Counted from the stretch's first letter, positions 17,988-27,440 are shown. The stretch: DNA of 64,000 nucleotides from an uncultured Acidimicrobiales bacterium (GCA_937934655.1 CALGZB010000058.1:6579-70578), one strand, 5' to 3'. Notes: a model not told the origin generated them from the letters alone. Numbers and translations are program-made.

Positions 17988-18728
17988 TTAACCGGGTTGT
18001 TCCCAGTGCATTTGATCGATCGGGCTTGGACCCGCTCCCAGCTGCCAGTCGACCGCCCCAGCAATGCTTAGCGTGACCCAGGCCTTTGCTTTGGCAAGAG
18101 CCTCATCAAGCGAATCCCCATGAGCGAGCCGGGCCGTTACCCCGGCCGAGAAGGTGTCGCCAGTCCCACGGGTATTGCTTGTCTCGATGTGTTCGGCCCG
18201 TAGTTCGCTGCCGTCACTCACGACGTCATGGCCCCGGTTTGTCACTACCGACAGCTGAGGCAACGCCAGATCGATGAGATCAGCCTCGAAACGATTTGGC
18301 GTGGCAAGAACCGCAAACGGCAACAAACGTTGGTACGCCTCGATGGTGCTGATTTGGACGAACGGCTTTCCCGTGCGGTTCACGAGCACCGGGTCGACCA
18401 CCAGGTTCGGCAAACGACCTTGCGACGCATAGCTCGTGACGACATCGACCAGTCCGGCACTCGGGAGGAGTCCCGTCTTTACGGCGACCACGTCGAGATC
18501 ACCGAGGATCCCATCGAGCTGCGCCTGGAGCTGTGCGGGTTCGACCGGCCAGAACGCGTTGACGGCTTCGGTGGTCTGGGCAGTGACTGCGGTAAGCGCC
18601 GTAGCACCATGCACGCCAAACGCAGCGAAGGTACGCAAGTCGGCCTGCATCCCGGCCCCGCCAATAGGATCGGAGCCTGCGATGGTGAGCACAACCGGTG
18701 GCGTCATAGGGGACAAAGGGTACGGCAA
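17988..18728 (-). CDS. thiD: Hydroxymethylpyrimidine/phosphomethylpyrimidine kinase
   Basis: VLTIAGSDPIGGAGMQADLRTFAAFGVHGATALTAVTAQTT is the typical ThiD N-terminus. A C-terminal GTGDTFSA is present. Confidence 0.8.
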   Translation of the reverse strand: MPYPLSPMTPPVVLTIAGSDPIGGAGMQADLRTFAAFGVHGATALTAVTAQTTEAVNAFWPVEPAQLQAQLDGILGDLDVVAVKTGLLPSAGLVDVVTSYASQGRLPNLVVDPVLVNRTGKPFVQISTIEAYQRLLPFAVLATPNRFEADLIDLALPQLSVVTNRGHDVVSDGSELRAEHIETSNTRGTGDTFSAGVTARLAHGDSLDEALAKAKAWVTLSIAGAVDWQLGAGPSPIDQMHWEQPG

Positions 18729-18737
18729 CCGAAACGA

Positions 18738-21617
18738 TTACCGTTGTTTGGCTCGGACCGAGATTCCCTCGGGCAACAGGTTGGCCTTCGCCCGCCCGTC
18801 CCAAACGGTCTCCTCAAGTTGTTCCGGGTCCATAGGCCGAGCGATCACATAGCCCTGGATCTGTTCACAACCGATCTCCCGGAGCTTCTCGAACTGGGGT
18901 GCGGTCTCAACACCTTCGGCCACGATCGTGACGCCGAGCGAACTACACATGGTGACGACCATGTCGACGATAGAGGTATCGGTTTTGTGTTCGATGCCAT
19001 CGACGAGCATCCGGTCCATCTTCAGAACATCGAGCGGAAGTTCCTGCAGGTAACCGAGCGATGAGTAACCCGAACCAAAGTCGTCGACCGCAACAACAAC
19101 ACCGAGGCGACGGGAACCTTCAAGGTTGTCGCGAACGATGTCGAGATCTCGGACCACAGCGGTTTCGGTCATTTCGAGAATCAGGCTCGAGGGGTCGATA
19201 CCCGACTCGTCGAGGAGCACCTTCAGCTCATCGACAAAGTCGAGTTTGGTGAGCTGCTGCGACGACACGTTGACCGACATCGATAGCGGAGCGTCACTAT
19301 GGTCGGTGTTCCAAACCCTGAGTTGCTCGACGGCCATGCGCAAGAGCTTCGGGCCGAGTTTGCTGATGAGGCCAGATTGCTCGGCCATCTCGATGAACTG
19401 GTCGGGAGCGACCGGACCGTACCCTGGGCGATCCCACCGGGCGAGTGCTTCGACAAAGGCAACTTCGCCGGTATCGACATCGATAACCGGCTGGTAGGCG
19501 AACCGAAGTTCGTCGTTGCCGGTGGCCTTACGCAGCGCCATATCAAGGTCATGGCTCTGCGCTACCTCTTCACGCATGCCGGCGTCGAAGATCTCGATAC
19601 GGTTTCGGCCGGTCTCTTTGGCCCGGTACATGGCGTTGTCGGCGTCGGCCAGAAGTTCTTCGGCATTGAGATCGACACCCGACGCCACAACGATGCCCAC
19701 GCTGACCGAGGTAAACACCTCCTGGCCACCGATGATGAACGGTTCGTCGAGCGCTTCTCGAACCCGCTCACCCAAAGCCAAGGCGTCTGCTTCGCCACGG
19801 AGGCCTTCGGCGAGAATGACGAACTCGTCGCCACCGAATCGCGACAGGAGATCCGAGGGACGCAGCGCGATACGCGATCGCGACGTCACCTGACACAAAA
19901 GGTCATCACCTGCTTGGTGGCCAAGCGTGTCGTTGACTTGTTTAAATCGGTCAAGGTCGAGGAAGAGCAACGCCAGCGGGGCAAGGGTTTCCGCCGAGCG
20001 AAGGAGCGCCCGGTCGAGCTCTTCAGAAAGTACGTTTCGGTTTGGGAGGCCGGTCAAGGCGTCGTGATTGGCCTGATAGGCGAGCTCCTGTTCGAACGCG
20101 ACCCGTTCGGAGATATCTCGGATCAAACCGGTGTAGGCGACCTCACTGTCAACACTGAGCCGGCTGACGGTGAGGTGGGTGGGCACCAAGGTCCCGTCAA
20201 ACCGCTTTACCGAGATCTCAAGCCCCGAGCCACCAACTTCTTCGGCCGCCATGAAGGCGTGCCCCAACACGCTCGATGGTGGCATCACGAGGAACTCGTT
20301 CACCGACTCGCCGACCAGCTTCCGGGCATCGCCGCCAAAGATCTGCTCGGCCGCTGCGTTGACCGAAGTGACCACACCGAGCCGGTCGGTCTCGATGATG
20401 CCTTCCGCAGCGGTTTCGAGAATCGTCTGGGTTCGGGTCTCGGTTTCGACAAGTCGCTGGTTCGAATGCTCGAGAGCAACGGTTCTGCTGGCTTCCTGCT
20501 CAGCGTTGGCGACCAACTCGTTGGTCATGACGTTGAAGGCTCGGGAGAGTTGTCCAATCTCATCGTCACGGTGCACCTTTGCGCGCTGGCTGAGGTCTCC
20601 AGCTGCGACGGCATTCGCCACGTCGCGGAGTTCAGCAAGCGGACGAGTCACTCGTTGACCAACCCACCAACCAATGATCAGGATCAGCGCCAATCCAAGT
20701 CCAAGGCCGACAAGCAGGGCCAGGCGGAAGTCCTCAGACACATCCAATGCCTCGCCAATGTCCTGCTGCACCACAACACCCCAGTTGGACTCGCCAAGCG
20801 ACTGGGTGGATGCGACGACCTCGATGCCTCGGTGATCCTCAAGACCAAAACTCGTTGTCGCCCGGCCATCGGCGGCGCGCGCAACCGGTGAGGTACTTTG
20901 TGAGAACCCCGACCATGTCTCGCCCCGCTCCGATGTGCGACTATCGAAAAGAAGCGCAACCGAACCTTCAGCCGTCGGCTCGACCAGCAGGGTTTCGCCG
21001 GTCCCGGCCAGCGCGGTGTAGTCGTTGATGATCTTGCGGAACGGAGCGGTTTCGTATTCGGCGAGAAGCCAACCAACGACTTGCCCGCCCACGATCACCC
21101 GGTCGACGATTTGGTGAACCGGCCGCCCGGCCCGGTCCCGAATCCGACCGATTGCTTGGGCACGGCCAGAGTCGTCGTCGAGACGAAAATCGAGTCCGTC
21201 GATCCGAGCCGCCATCGAGGAGTCCGTCGATACGCGGAGCTTTCCGTCGACCTGGAAGAGGGTAAGGGAAACCAGTTCGTCACCGTACAAGTCGATGACT
21301 TCCCGGAGATCGTTGGCGACCAACGCCGGATCGGTGAGCGACGGGTCATCGAGCACCCGACCAAAGGCCCGCTCCTGAGCGCCGAGTTCGATTTGCAGAC
21401 GACTTAGTTGGTTGGCTGCCAACGCTTCGATGCGTTGCGTTGCATCGAGCTTTTGCGCCTCTTGCAACCGCTGCCAGCCAATGCCGCCGCCAACCATCAA
21501 TGGCACAAAGGTCAGGAGAAAGAACGCAGAGGTCAGCAGCGGACGGAGCGGGAGCCGCGACACGCGGTCCAGCGCCGTGCGCAGAAGAAGGAGCTCTGAT
21601 CGTTCAAACACCACCAT
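18738..21617 (-). CDS. Membrane sensor with extracytoplasmic domain, HAMP, PAS, GGDEF and EAL (both catalytic motifs intact)
   Basis: Two TM helices flank a periplasmic region of about 270 aa. HAMP: PLAELRDVANAVAAGDLSQR. Also RFGGDEFVIL, EALARWDRPG, EMTE and DDFGSGYSSL. Confidence 0.85.
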   Translation of the reverse strand: MVVFERSELLLLRTALDRVSRLPLRPLLTSAFFLLTFVPLMVGGGIGWQRLQEAQKLDATQRIEALAANQLSRLQIELGAQERAFGRVLDDPSLTDPALVANDLREVIDLYGDELVSLTLFQVDGKLRVSTDSSMAARIDGLDFRLDDDSGRAQAIGRIRDRAGRPVHQIVDRVIVGGQVVGWLLAEYETAPFRKIINDYTALAGTGETLLVEPTAEGSVALLFDSRTSERGETWSGFSQSTSPVARAADGRATTSFGLEDHRGIEVVASTQSLGESNWGVVVQQDIGEALDVSEDFRLALLVGLGLGLALILIIGWWVGQRVTRPLAELRDVANAVAAGDLSQRAKVHRDDEIGQLSRAFNVMTNELVANAEQEASRTVALEHSNQRLVETETRTQTILETAAEGIIETDRLGVVTSVNAAAEQIFGGDARKLVGESVNEFLVMPPSSVLGHAFMAAEEVGGSGLEISVKRFDGTLVPTHLTVSRLSVDSEVAYTGLIRDISERVAFEQELAYQANHDALTGLPNRNVLSEELDRALLRSAETLAPLALLFLDLDRFKQVNDTLGHQAGDDLLCQVTSRSRIALRPSDLLSRFGGDEFVILAEGLRGEADALALGERVREALDEPFIIGGQEVFTSVSVGIVVASGVDLNAEELLADADNAMYRAKETGRNRIEIFDAGMREEVAQSHDLDMALRKATGNDELRFAYQPVIDVDTGEVAFVEALARWDRPGYGPVAPDQFIEMAEQSGLISKLGPKLLRMAVEQLRVWNTDHSDAPLSMSVNVSSQQLTKLDFVDELKVLLDESGIDPSSLILEMTETAVVRDLDIVRDNLEGSRRLGVVVAVDDFGSGYSSLGYLQELPLDVLKMDRMLVDGIEHKTDTSIVDMVVTMCSSLGVTIVAEGVETAPQFEKLREIGCEQIQGYVIARPMDPEQLEETVWDGRAKANLLPEGISVRAKQR

Positions 21618-21682
21618 CCCATCGGCACGGTGGGCGTTATCTCAACAATCCCCGGAAAGACGCTCTCTCTGAGGAGCTGCTG

Positions 21683-23119
21683 CTAGAAGCCTGATGCCAA
21701 GCGCGGTCGAACCGATTGCGCTGCCTTGGTGACGTCGGCGGGCATACGAAGTGTCGGCGCACCACCATCGCGCGTGAGTTCTTCGTCGCCTCCACCCGTC
21801 GTCGTGTCGGGGAGCACCGGCGCTTGCGGGGCGTCGCTTGGTTTGGCGAACAAATTCAGCGTGGAGAATGACCCGGCGAGTACTTCGGCGTGATCGGCCC
21901 TTAGCCACTGATCGAGCACGGTTGCGTAGACCTCGCGAAAGTCGACGGTGTGTTTCAGGTCGCCTCGATCATCAAGATTGTTGAGCGAGGGGGCCGAACC
22001 GTGAAAACCGGCTTTCACCGAGGGGCCAATCATGATCATTGGTCCGGCGGTTCCGTGGTCGGTTCCACGCGAATCGTTCGCCGCAACCCGTCGCCCGAAT
22101 TCGGAGAAGGTCATCAAGACCACCCGGTTGCGAAACTTCGGCTTCAGGTTCGTGTAGAACCGAGTTACGGCATCGTCGAACTCTTTGAGTCGAGCAGCGT
22201 GGTCGCCTGCTTGATCATCATGGGTATCAAAGGTCTGAAAGCTTGTGCCGATTACTCGGGTGCCTACGTCGAGGTTGATGAGGTTGGCGGCAAGTCCAAG
22301 CTTGCGAATCAAGTTTCGTTCTTCTTGGTTGTCGGCATAGATCGGGTTGACCTTCTCGGCGACCCCGATTGCCGAACCGAGCTGGTTTGCCCATGCGGTT
22401 CCCATCGCCGAGTCGCCAGCGTCAGCTCGCGACATTTTGGAAAAGACGTTCACCAAGTCGTGTTCCCACTGGTCGGTGACGTCGGCGCCAAACAGGTTGC
22501 CGTCGGATGGGAGTCCGGTGGCGATGGAGCGTTGGCCAACCATAAGAAGCGGCACGCCGCTGTCGCCGATGTTGACGGCTCCGAGATCGCCGAGGCCGGC
22601 GCGTTCCATATACCGACCAAGCCAGCCGCTTGAACCGGGCCCATGGTTGCGGTTGGCAGACATCCAGGTTTTGATCGAGCTGAAATGACTGTGGTCGTCA
22701 TCGGGGAAGCCGACGCCCTCAACAATGGCGACTTCGCCGTCGCGATAACGCTTTGCGAGTCCGCCGAGCATCGGGTGCAGGTACCGGTTCGGGGCAATTT
22801 TGTGCGACGTTGCCTCGTCGTTTGCGAGGGTCCTGCGGGCATCGTGGTATCGACCGCTATCGAGCGGGGCAATGGTGTTGAGACCATCATTCCCGCCTGC
22901 CATTTGGATGCAGACGAGAATACGGTCGTCGGCGCCAAGCGCCTGAGCGCTATCAGCAAACAAGGTTGGCCCAAGCGCCGCAGCGCCACCGAGGGCAAGT
23001 GATCCTTGAAGAAAACGGCGACGACGGATCGCGCCAGGTTGCGTATCGGCAACACTGAGTGATCGGAGGATGTCGCCGAGTTCGGCGTCGTGGGTTGGTA
23101 GAGGTCGCATAGCTGGCAT
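21683..23119 (-). CDS. DUF1501 domain protein (sulfatase-like fold) with twin-arginine signal
   Basis: Tat motif RRRFLQGSLALGGAAALG, plus GGNDGLNT and FDTHD. Start is set at ATG 23119, preceded by GGGGAG. Confidence 0.75.
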   Translation of the reverse strand: MPAMRPLPTHDAELGDILRSLSVADTQPGAIRRRRFLQGSLALGGAAALGPTLFADSAQALGADDRILVCIQMAGGNDGLNTIAPLDSGRYHDARRTLANDEATSHKIAPNRYLHPMLGGLAKRYRDGEVAIVEGVGFPDDDHSHFSSIKTWMSANRNHGPGSSGWLGRYMERAGLGDLGAVNIGDSGVPLLMVGQRSIATGLPSDGNLFGADVTDQWEHDLVNVFSKMSRADAGDSAMGTAWANQLGSAIGVAEKVNPIYADNQEERNLIRKLGLAANLINLDVGTRVIGTSFQTFDTHDDQAGDHAARLKEFDDAVTRFYTNLKPKFRNRVVLMTFSEFGRRVAANDSRGTDHGTAGPMIMIGPSVKAGFHGSAPSLNNLDDRGDLKHTVDFREVYATVLDQWLRADHAEVLAGSFSTLNLFAKPSDAPQAPVLPDTTTGGGDEELTRDGGAPTLRMPADVTKAAQSVRPRLASGF

Positions 23120-23130
23120 GGTTGTCTCCC

Positions 23131-24450
23131 CTACGCCATCTGGAACTCGGGGCACAGGGCACCGAGAACAAAGCTGTTGGGCTGGATCGACCAGCTGTGT
23201 TTGTTGGCGTGTGCCGCGTTAACCCACGCTTCAATGCCCGCTCGCGTCTCGGCGCTGGGTTCATTGATGTCAAAGCTCGAGAAGATCAGATCAGCGGCTT
23301 CGCTTGCCGGGAGGTCCTCGATGCCGGCGAGCAGAGGAGTATCGCGGATCTTCCATTGCCATTCGGTCACGAAACGAGCTCGTGCCCAAGCGGTTGCGGT
23401 TGAGAGCCAGTACTCGTTTGTTCCCCAACCTGCGACGTCGGGTGGGTTGAACAAGATTTGCCCCATTGGCTCCATGTACCACCGCACTGGGATGTCATCG
23501 GTGGTCCAGCCGGTGACCTTCATGAGGGCAACGACGTACTCGACGGGGCTGCGCATGAGTGCATAGCGGGCATCGGGAGACCAGAAGTCATCTTCGAGAA
23601 GCACGGCCTTGACGAGTGCCTTCCCCTTCATGCCGGAGGCGATATAGGAGCGGGTCAGCCGGTTGAGGACCGCCTCTGATGGCGTGCCGGTTGCCAGGAA
23701 CTTCCAAAGTTTCTCGGCGATGTAGCGGGCCGTCAGCTGTTGTTGGGATCCGTGGACGAGTTCTTGGATGGTGTCGGGACCATTCCAACGCTTCCGAATA
23801 CCCCACAGCGTCTTGAAACCGCCATCGTGTTCGGACTTGTTGTACACGTAGGTCGGGTCGTACACCCAGCTGCCATTGCGGTTCACAAAACCTCGGGTGT
23901 TGTGACCCGTCCAGGCCTTGGCCATCGCGACAACATCGGCCTCGGAGAAGTTTCCAACGCCAACGGTAAACAGCTCCATGAGCTCCCGAGCGAAGTTCTC
24001 TTGCTCGGCCCCCGCAACATTGGTTTCGTTGTCGAGGTAGATAAGCATTGCTGGACCGAGCGAAACGTCGGTACAAAGTTCGGCGAGATCACCCATGCCC
24101 TTGGTACGAAACAGGTGGTTCTGGTCGTTCATGAGCTTCTGGTCATCGACCTTGTCCCATGAGGTTGCGAAGTGGCCGTGCCAGAACAGCGTCATCTTTT
24201 CGCGAAGTGGATCAGCACCCGTCGCCATTTCGGTGAGCCACCACTCTTGGGCGCGCAGGTTCTGCTGCCATTCGCTTTCGTTTGGGTGCTCGGGGGGCCG
24301 CGGCGCGTTGCCAAAGTCCATGACCGAGGCGACCGCCTCAGCGCGTGTGAGACCCTTGAGGTCTCGAGCCTGCCGTTTGGAACCGCCAAATCCTGCGCGA
24401 CGAAGGAGATGGGCAGCGTCGTGAAACGACACGATGTCTGTTGCTGGCAT
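23131..24450 (-). CDS. DUF1800 domain protein
   Basis: AAHLLRRAGFGGS, MTLFWHGHFATS and LIYLDN are typical of DUF1800, and the gene is paired with DUF1501 as usual. Confidence 0.75.
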   Translation of the reverse strand: MPATDIVSFHDAAHLLRRAGFGGSKRQARDLKGLTRAEAVASVMDFGNAPRPPEHPNESEWQQNLRAQEWWLTEMATGADPLREKMTLFWHGHFATSWDKVDDQKLMNDQNHLFRTKGMGDLAELCTDVSLGPAMLIYLDNETNVAGAEQENFARELMELFTVGVGNFSEADVVAMAKAWTGHNTRGFVNRNGSWVYDPTYVYNKSEHDGGFKTLWGIRKRWNGPDTIQELVHGSQQQLTARYIAEKLWKFLATGTPSEAVLNRLTRSYIASGMKGKALVKAVLLEDDFWSPDARYALMRSPVEYVVALMKVTGWTTDDIPVRWYMEPMGQILFNPPDVAGWGTNEYWLSTATAWARARFVTEWQWKIRDTPLLAGIEDLPASEAADLIFSSFDINEPSAETRAGIEAWVNAAHANKHSWSIQPNSFVLGALCPEFQMA

Positions 24451-24577
24451 TCGTTGTGTCCTTCTCCTGGCTTGATTGCCTGGAAAAGGCTTCGACCGAA
24501 GAACGACACAACTTGAAGGAATGATCAGACGAACAATTCGCCCGCCCGGGCGGTCTTTACCCGTTTACCGAGTGCTT

Positions 24578-25270
24578 TTAGCGGTTTGCTGGCTCAGCCA
24601 GCAGGCGTTCGACCTGGGCGATGAGGGCATCGACTCGCAGCGAAAGTTCGCCGACCCGAAGCTCAAGCGCATCTGGCGCGCCAAGTACACCGGGGGAAGG
24701 AGCGCTTGCGCCAACGCTGCCAGGAAGCGTAATCGCCGGCCGGGCGACCGCTGGTCGCAAATCGATCACGTCCGGCGCCGGCGAAGGCGGAGGAGCGGCA
24801 TCGATACGTTGCACCGCGGTCCGCCGACGAGGGCGGGCCGAGCTCTGCCGCGCTTCGGTCTGTTGCACCGCCGCACGAAGGTGTGAACGGCTCACCCCAA
24901 GTTTCAACAGAAGCCGCTCGAGTGCCGGCGCTGCCACCGACAACACGCCAATGAGAAGATCGCTGTGCTGTACCGGTTGATCTTCGGCGTATCGTTCGGC
25001 AATCTCATACGCCCGCTCGGTGGCAACCGCTACCGGCAGCGCACCTCGCAGCGGCTCGCCACCCCACGTGGCCATCTCATGCATCGCTACCCGAGCCCGC
25101 TGCACGGTGATGCCATAGGCCGACAACACCGTGGGCCCCGACGATGCCTCGGGCCAAAGCAACGCCAAGAAAAGGTGTTCGGGTAAAACGAGTTTGCTCG
25201 CCAACAGACGCGCCTCTTGTTCAGAGGCAGCTCGTGCAAAATTGAGGACGGGGCTCGAGGGGAAAGCCAT
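24578..25270 (-). CDS. Clp N-terminal (Clp_R repeat) domain protein with Pro-rich linker and C-terminal coiled segment
   Basis: Two Clp_N-like repeats (...PEHLFLALLW... and ...HSDLLIGVLS...). Confidence 0.55.
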   Translation of the reverse strand: MAFPSSPVLNFARAASEQEARLLASKLVLPEHLFLALLWPEASSGPTVLSAYGITVQRARVAMHEMATWGGEPLRGALPVAVATERAYEIAERYAEDQPVQHSDLLIGVLSVAAPALERLLLKLGVSRSHLRAAVQQTEARQSSARPRRRTAVQRIDAAPPPSPAPDVIDLRPAVARPAITLPGSVGASAPSPGVLGAPDALELRVGELSLRVDALIAQVERLLAEPANR

Positions 25271-25342
25271 AGCGCAATGACCATATGCGCGTTTGGGAGC
25301 TAAGGGAAACTAACCGAAAGACACAAGCACGAATATCGCCTA

Positions 25343-26137
25343 CTACTGAGCGATTATGACGCCCGCCTGATCGGTGGCGCCATCGGCAACCTCGCACTGC
25401 ACATCGTTGTTCCGTACCTCAAAGTCGACACCGTCGAGATCCGTGAGCGGCGGATTCTGGTCGAAGGAAGGTGTGCCCACGATCTCGACCTCGACTCGGT
25501 CCGGGTTCGTGCCGGTAATTCGCGCATGTTCGGCGTAGGCATCGAGCAATACCTGTTCGGTAACCGTGTACGCCTGGCTCATACATTCGCTGCCACCGAT
25601 AACCGTCTGCGCAAAGGCATACGCCGACGGCGTGAGACCCTCGCTATCGCTCACCCAAGGGAACGCATCGGTGATCTTGCCGATCAGGCCTTTGTCGAAC
25701 GTCACGCTGTCGCGGGTAGCAACAGCATCGACTCGGGGCCGCACGAACTCGATCGCCTCAGCGGGGATAGTGACCTTTGTACGGCCATCCTCAAGTTGTT
25801 CGATCTGCACGAGTTCGGCGTTGACACAGGTGTCGACATCGCCGAACGCCTCCATCTCGACGGTGTCGGTCCGGTACACCCGACCGGCAAGTTCGTGTTC
25901 CTTTTTGCCTTCGATGGGCACAACCGCAGAGATTCGAGCTCGACAATCGAGGGCCAGTGGTTCGATGCGATAAATCTGGGCAGGGGCATCGGGGGCGATG
26001 ACTGTCTTCGACGAGGCGACGTCGAGACTGATGTTGTTCCACGGCCAATTCACGCTGAAGACACCAGACGTAAGCAGGAGAGCAACGAGGAGGACCGCAA
26101 CGACGACGGCCAACGACAAGATCTGGGGGACTTTCAC
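25343..26137 (-). CDS. Membrane-anchored hypothetical protein
   Basis: N-terminal helix ILSLAVVVAVLLVALLLTSGVF. I recognise no other motif. Confidence 0.5.
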   Translation of the reverse strand: MKVPQILSLAVVVAVLLVALLLTSGVFSVNWPWNNISLDVASSKTVIAPDAPAQIYRIEPLALDCRARISAVVPIEGKKEHELAGRVYRTDTVEMEAFGDVDTCVNAELVQIEQLEDGRTKVTIPAEAIEFVRPRVDAVATRDSVTFDKGLIGKITDAFPWVSDSEGLTPSAYAFAQTVIGGSECMSQAYTVTEQVLLDAYAEHARITGTNPDRVEVEIVGTPSFDQNPPLTDLDGVDFEVRNNDVQCEVADGATDQAGVIIAQ

Positions 26138-26174
26138 GGCAAAGCCTTACGGGTAAGAAAGCTGGGGGGCGGTA

Positions 26175-26227
26175 GTACAACTATCTTTGCGTACAACCTC
26201 TTTACCTACAACACCTCTACCTACAAC
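26175..26227. repeat. Four TACAAC boxes at 15-16-nt spacing in an intergenic region
   Basis: gTACAACtatctttgcgTACAACctctttaccTACAACacctctaccTACAAC lies between the 26227-26811 and 25343-26137 genes. Confidence 0.7.
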
Positions 26228-26811
26228 TAGGTCAGGCGGGGCCGAAATTCCCGAAACATCCGCCACACGAGGGTGACCGCCAAAACAGCCGCACCGGCAA
26301 GACCGGCCGCTTGCACCGCTTGGGTGAGCGTTTCGCCCGCCGTCTCGCCAAGTGTGCCGCTCGACGATGACCCGGGATCGATCGAATCGCCGCTGGCGTA
26401 GAGCGTGTAGCCGCAGGTAAGCGACGACTCGGCGCGAGCGGTTTCCAGATCGTAAGAAAGCACGATGTGGATCTCGGAATCGGCGGCGATCTCGGGCAAC
26501 TCTTCACCCGGGTAGAACACGGCAAGAGGATTCTGAGCTCCACCCTTTTCGATGCCCAGGACCTCGACGATGACCGAATCATCGCCGCTCTCGTTCCCAG
26601 CCGTCGAACTTCCACCAGTACGAACATCGATGACCTTGCCGAGGACGATGGCGCTGGCGTCACCAATAAGGTCCTCCTGGGTCGGACACTCATCGTCGTC
26701 TTGGGCGAGAGCAGCCGGAGCAATGAAAACCGATCCGAAGACCACCCCGAAAACAACAAACAGAGCCGCGACACATGCGACGAAACTCCGAACGATGCGA
26801 TTGATGCCCAT
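26227..26811 (-). CDS. Secreted/anchored hypothetical protein (N-terminal signal peptide, C-terminal TM anchor)
   Basis: N-terminus: MGINRIVRSFVACVAALFVVFGVVFGSVFIAPAALAQ. C-terminus: AAGLAGAAVLAVTLVWRMF followed by basic residues. Confidence 0.5.
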   Translation of the reverse strand: MGINRIVRSFVACVAALFVVFGVVFGSVFIAPAALAQDDDECPTQEDLIGDASAIVLGKVIDVRTGGSSTAGNESGDDSVIVEVLGIEKGGAQNPLAVFYPGEELPEIAADSEIHIVLSYDLETARAESSLTCGYTLYASGDSIDPGSSSSGTLGETAGETLTQAVQAAGLAGAAVLAVTLVWRMFREFRPRLT

Positions 26812-26888
26812 ATGACCCCCGACACAGCCTAGGGGATTCAGGCGCGCCGAGGACGGAACTCCGCTACTTCGTAGCTCTCTTCCCGGCG

Positions 26889-27440
26889 CTACTTCGTAGC
26901 TTTGGCTATTGCTGTCGCTAGCTGGGCTTTCGTCATTCCCGAACGGCCGGCGATCTCCAGCTTGCTGGCCTGGGCGTACAACTCATCGCGCGTCGGACCT
27001 GACGGAGCCGCTGACTTCTTTGCTGCCGGCTTCTTTGCTGCGGCCTTTTTCGCGGCGGGTTTCTTCGGAGCCGCTTTCTTCTTTGCCGCAGGCTTCTTTG
27101 CTGCTGGTTTCTTTGCGGACTTCGCCTTTACCGCCGGCTTGCTGGGTTTCGCTGACTTCTTTGCCGACGACTTCGCTGACGACTTGGCCTTACTCGCCTT
27201 GTCGGTCTTAGCCGCCTTGTCGGTCTTAGCGGCCTTGTCGGTCTTGTCGGCCTTGTCGGTCTTTGCTCCGGGGGCAGGTGTCCCGATCGTGGTGCGCAGC
27301 TGCTCCTCGACCTTTTGTTCGATTTGTTCCGCGAGTGACTGCAATTTGCTCACGACTTCGGTGAGCCCTGCAGCAACCGCTTCAAAGACTTGCTGACCGA
27401 CTTCTTCGGCCTTTGCGAGTGGATCGTTGTTCTTTGCCAT
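26889..27440 (-). CDS. Lys/Ala-rich histone-H1-like repeat protein with C-terminal Rho_N/SAP-like helix-extended-helix motif
   Basis: KTDKADKTDKAAKTDKAAKTDKASK and AAKKPAAKK repeats. C-terminus: TRDELYAQASKLEIAGRSGMTKAQLATAIAKA. Confidence 0.65.
   Translation of the reverse strand: MAKNNDPLAKAEEVGQQVFEAVAAGLTEVVSKLQSLAEQIEQKVEEQLRTTIGTPAPGAKTDKADKTDKAAKTDKAAKTDKASKAKSSAKSSAKKSAKPSKPAVKAKSAKKPAAKKPAAKKKAAPKKPAAKKAAAKKPAAKKSAAPSGPTRDELYAQASKLEIAGRSGMTKAQLATAIAKATK
27196..27264. repeat. Coding tandem repeat (18-nt and shorter units) inside the Lys-rich gene
   Basis: gccttgtcggtcttagc[c/g] is reiterated and encodes (KTDKAA)n on the minus strand. Confidence 0.8.

Noticed and set aside
20459-20469. 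The string GGTTCGAATGC, which resembles a tRNA T-arm.
   Set aside because: It lies inside the GGDEF/EAL coding region and has no acceptor, D-arm or anticodon-arm complementarity around it.
19299-20891. A 530-aa plus-strand ORF inside the 18738-21617 region.
   Set aside because: It is antisense to a gene with clear HAMP/PAS/GGDEF/EAL motifs. Its translation is low-complexity and rich in Arg, Gly and Val with no motif. It is a typical GC-rich shadow ORF.
27196-27264. Regular short direct repeats that could be mistaken for a CRISPR array (also the 15-nt repeats at about 51760-51860).
   Set aside because: The units are 12-18 nt with no spacers. They lie in frame inside coding genes, encode KTDKAA or ADLRG peptide repeats, and there are no cas genes.
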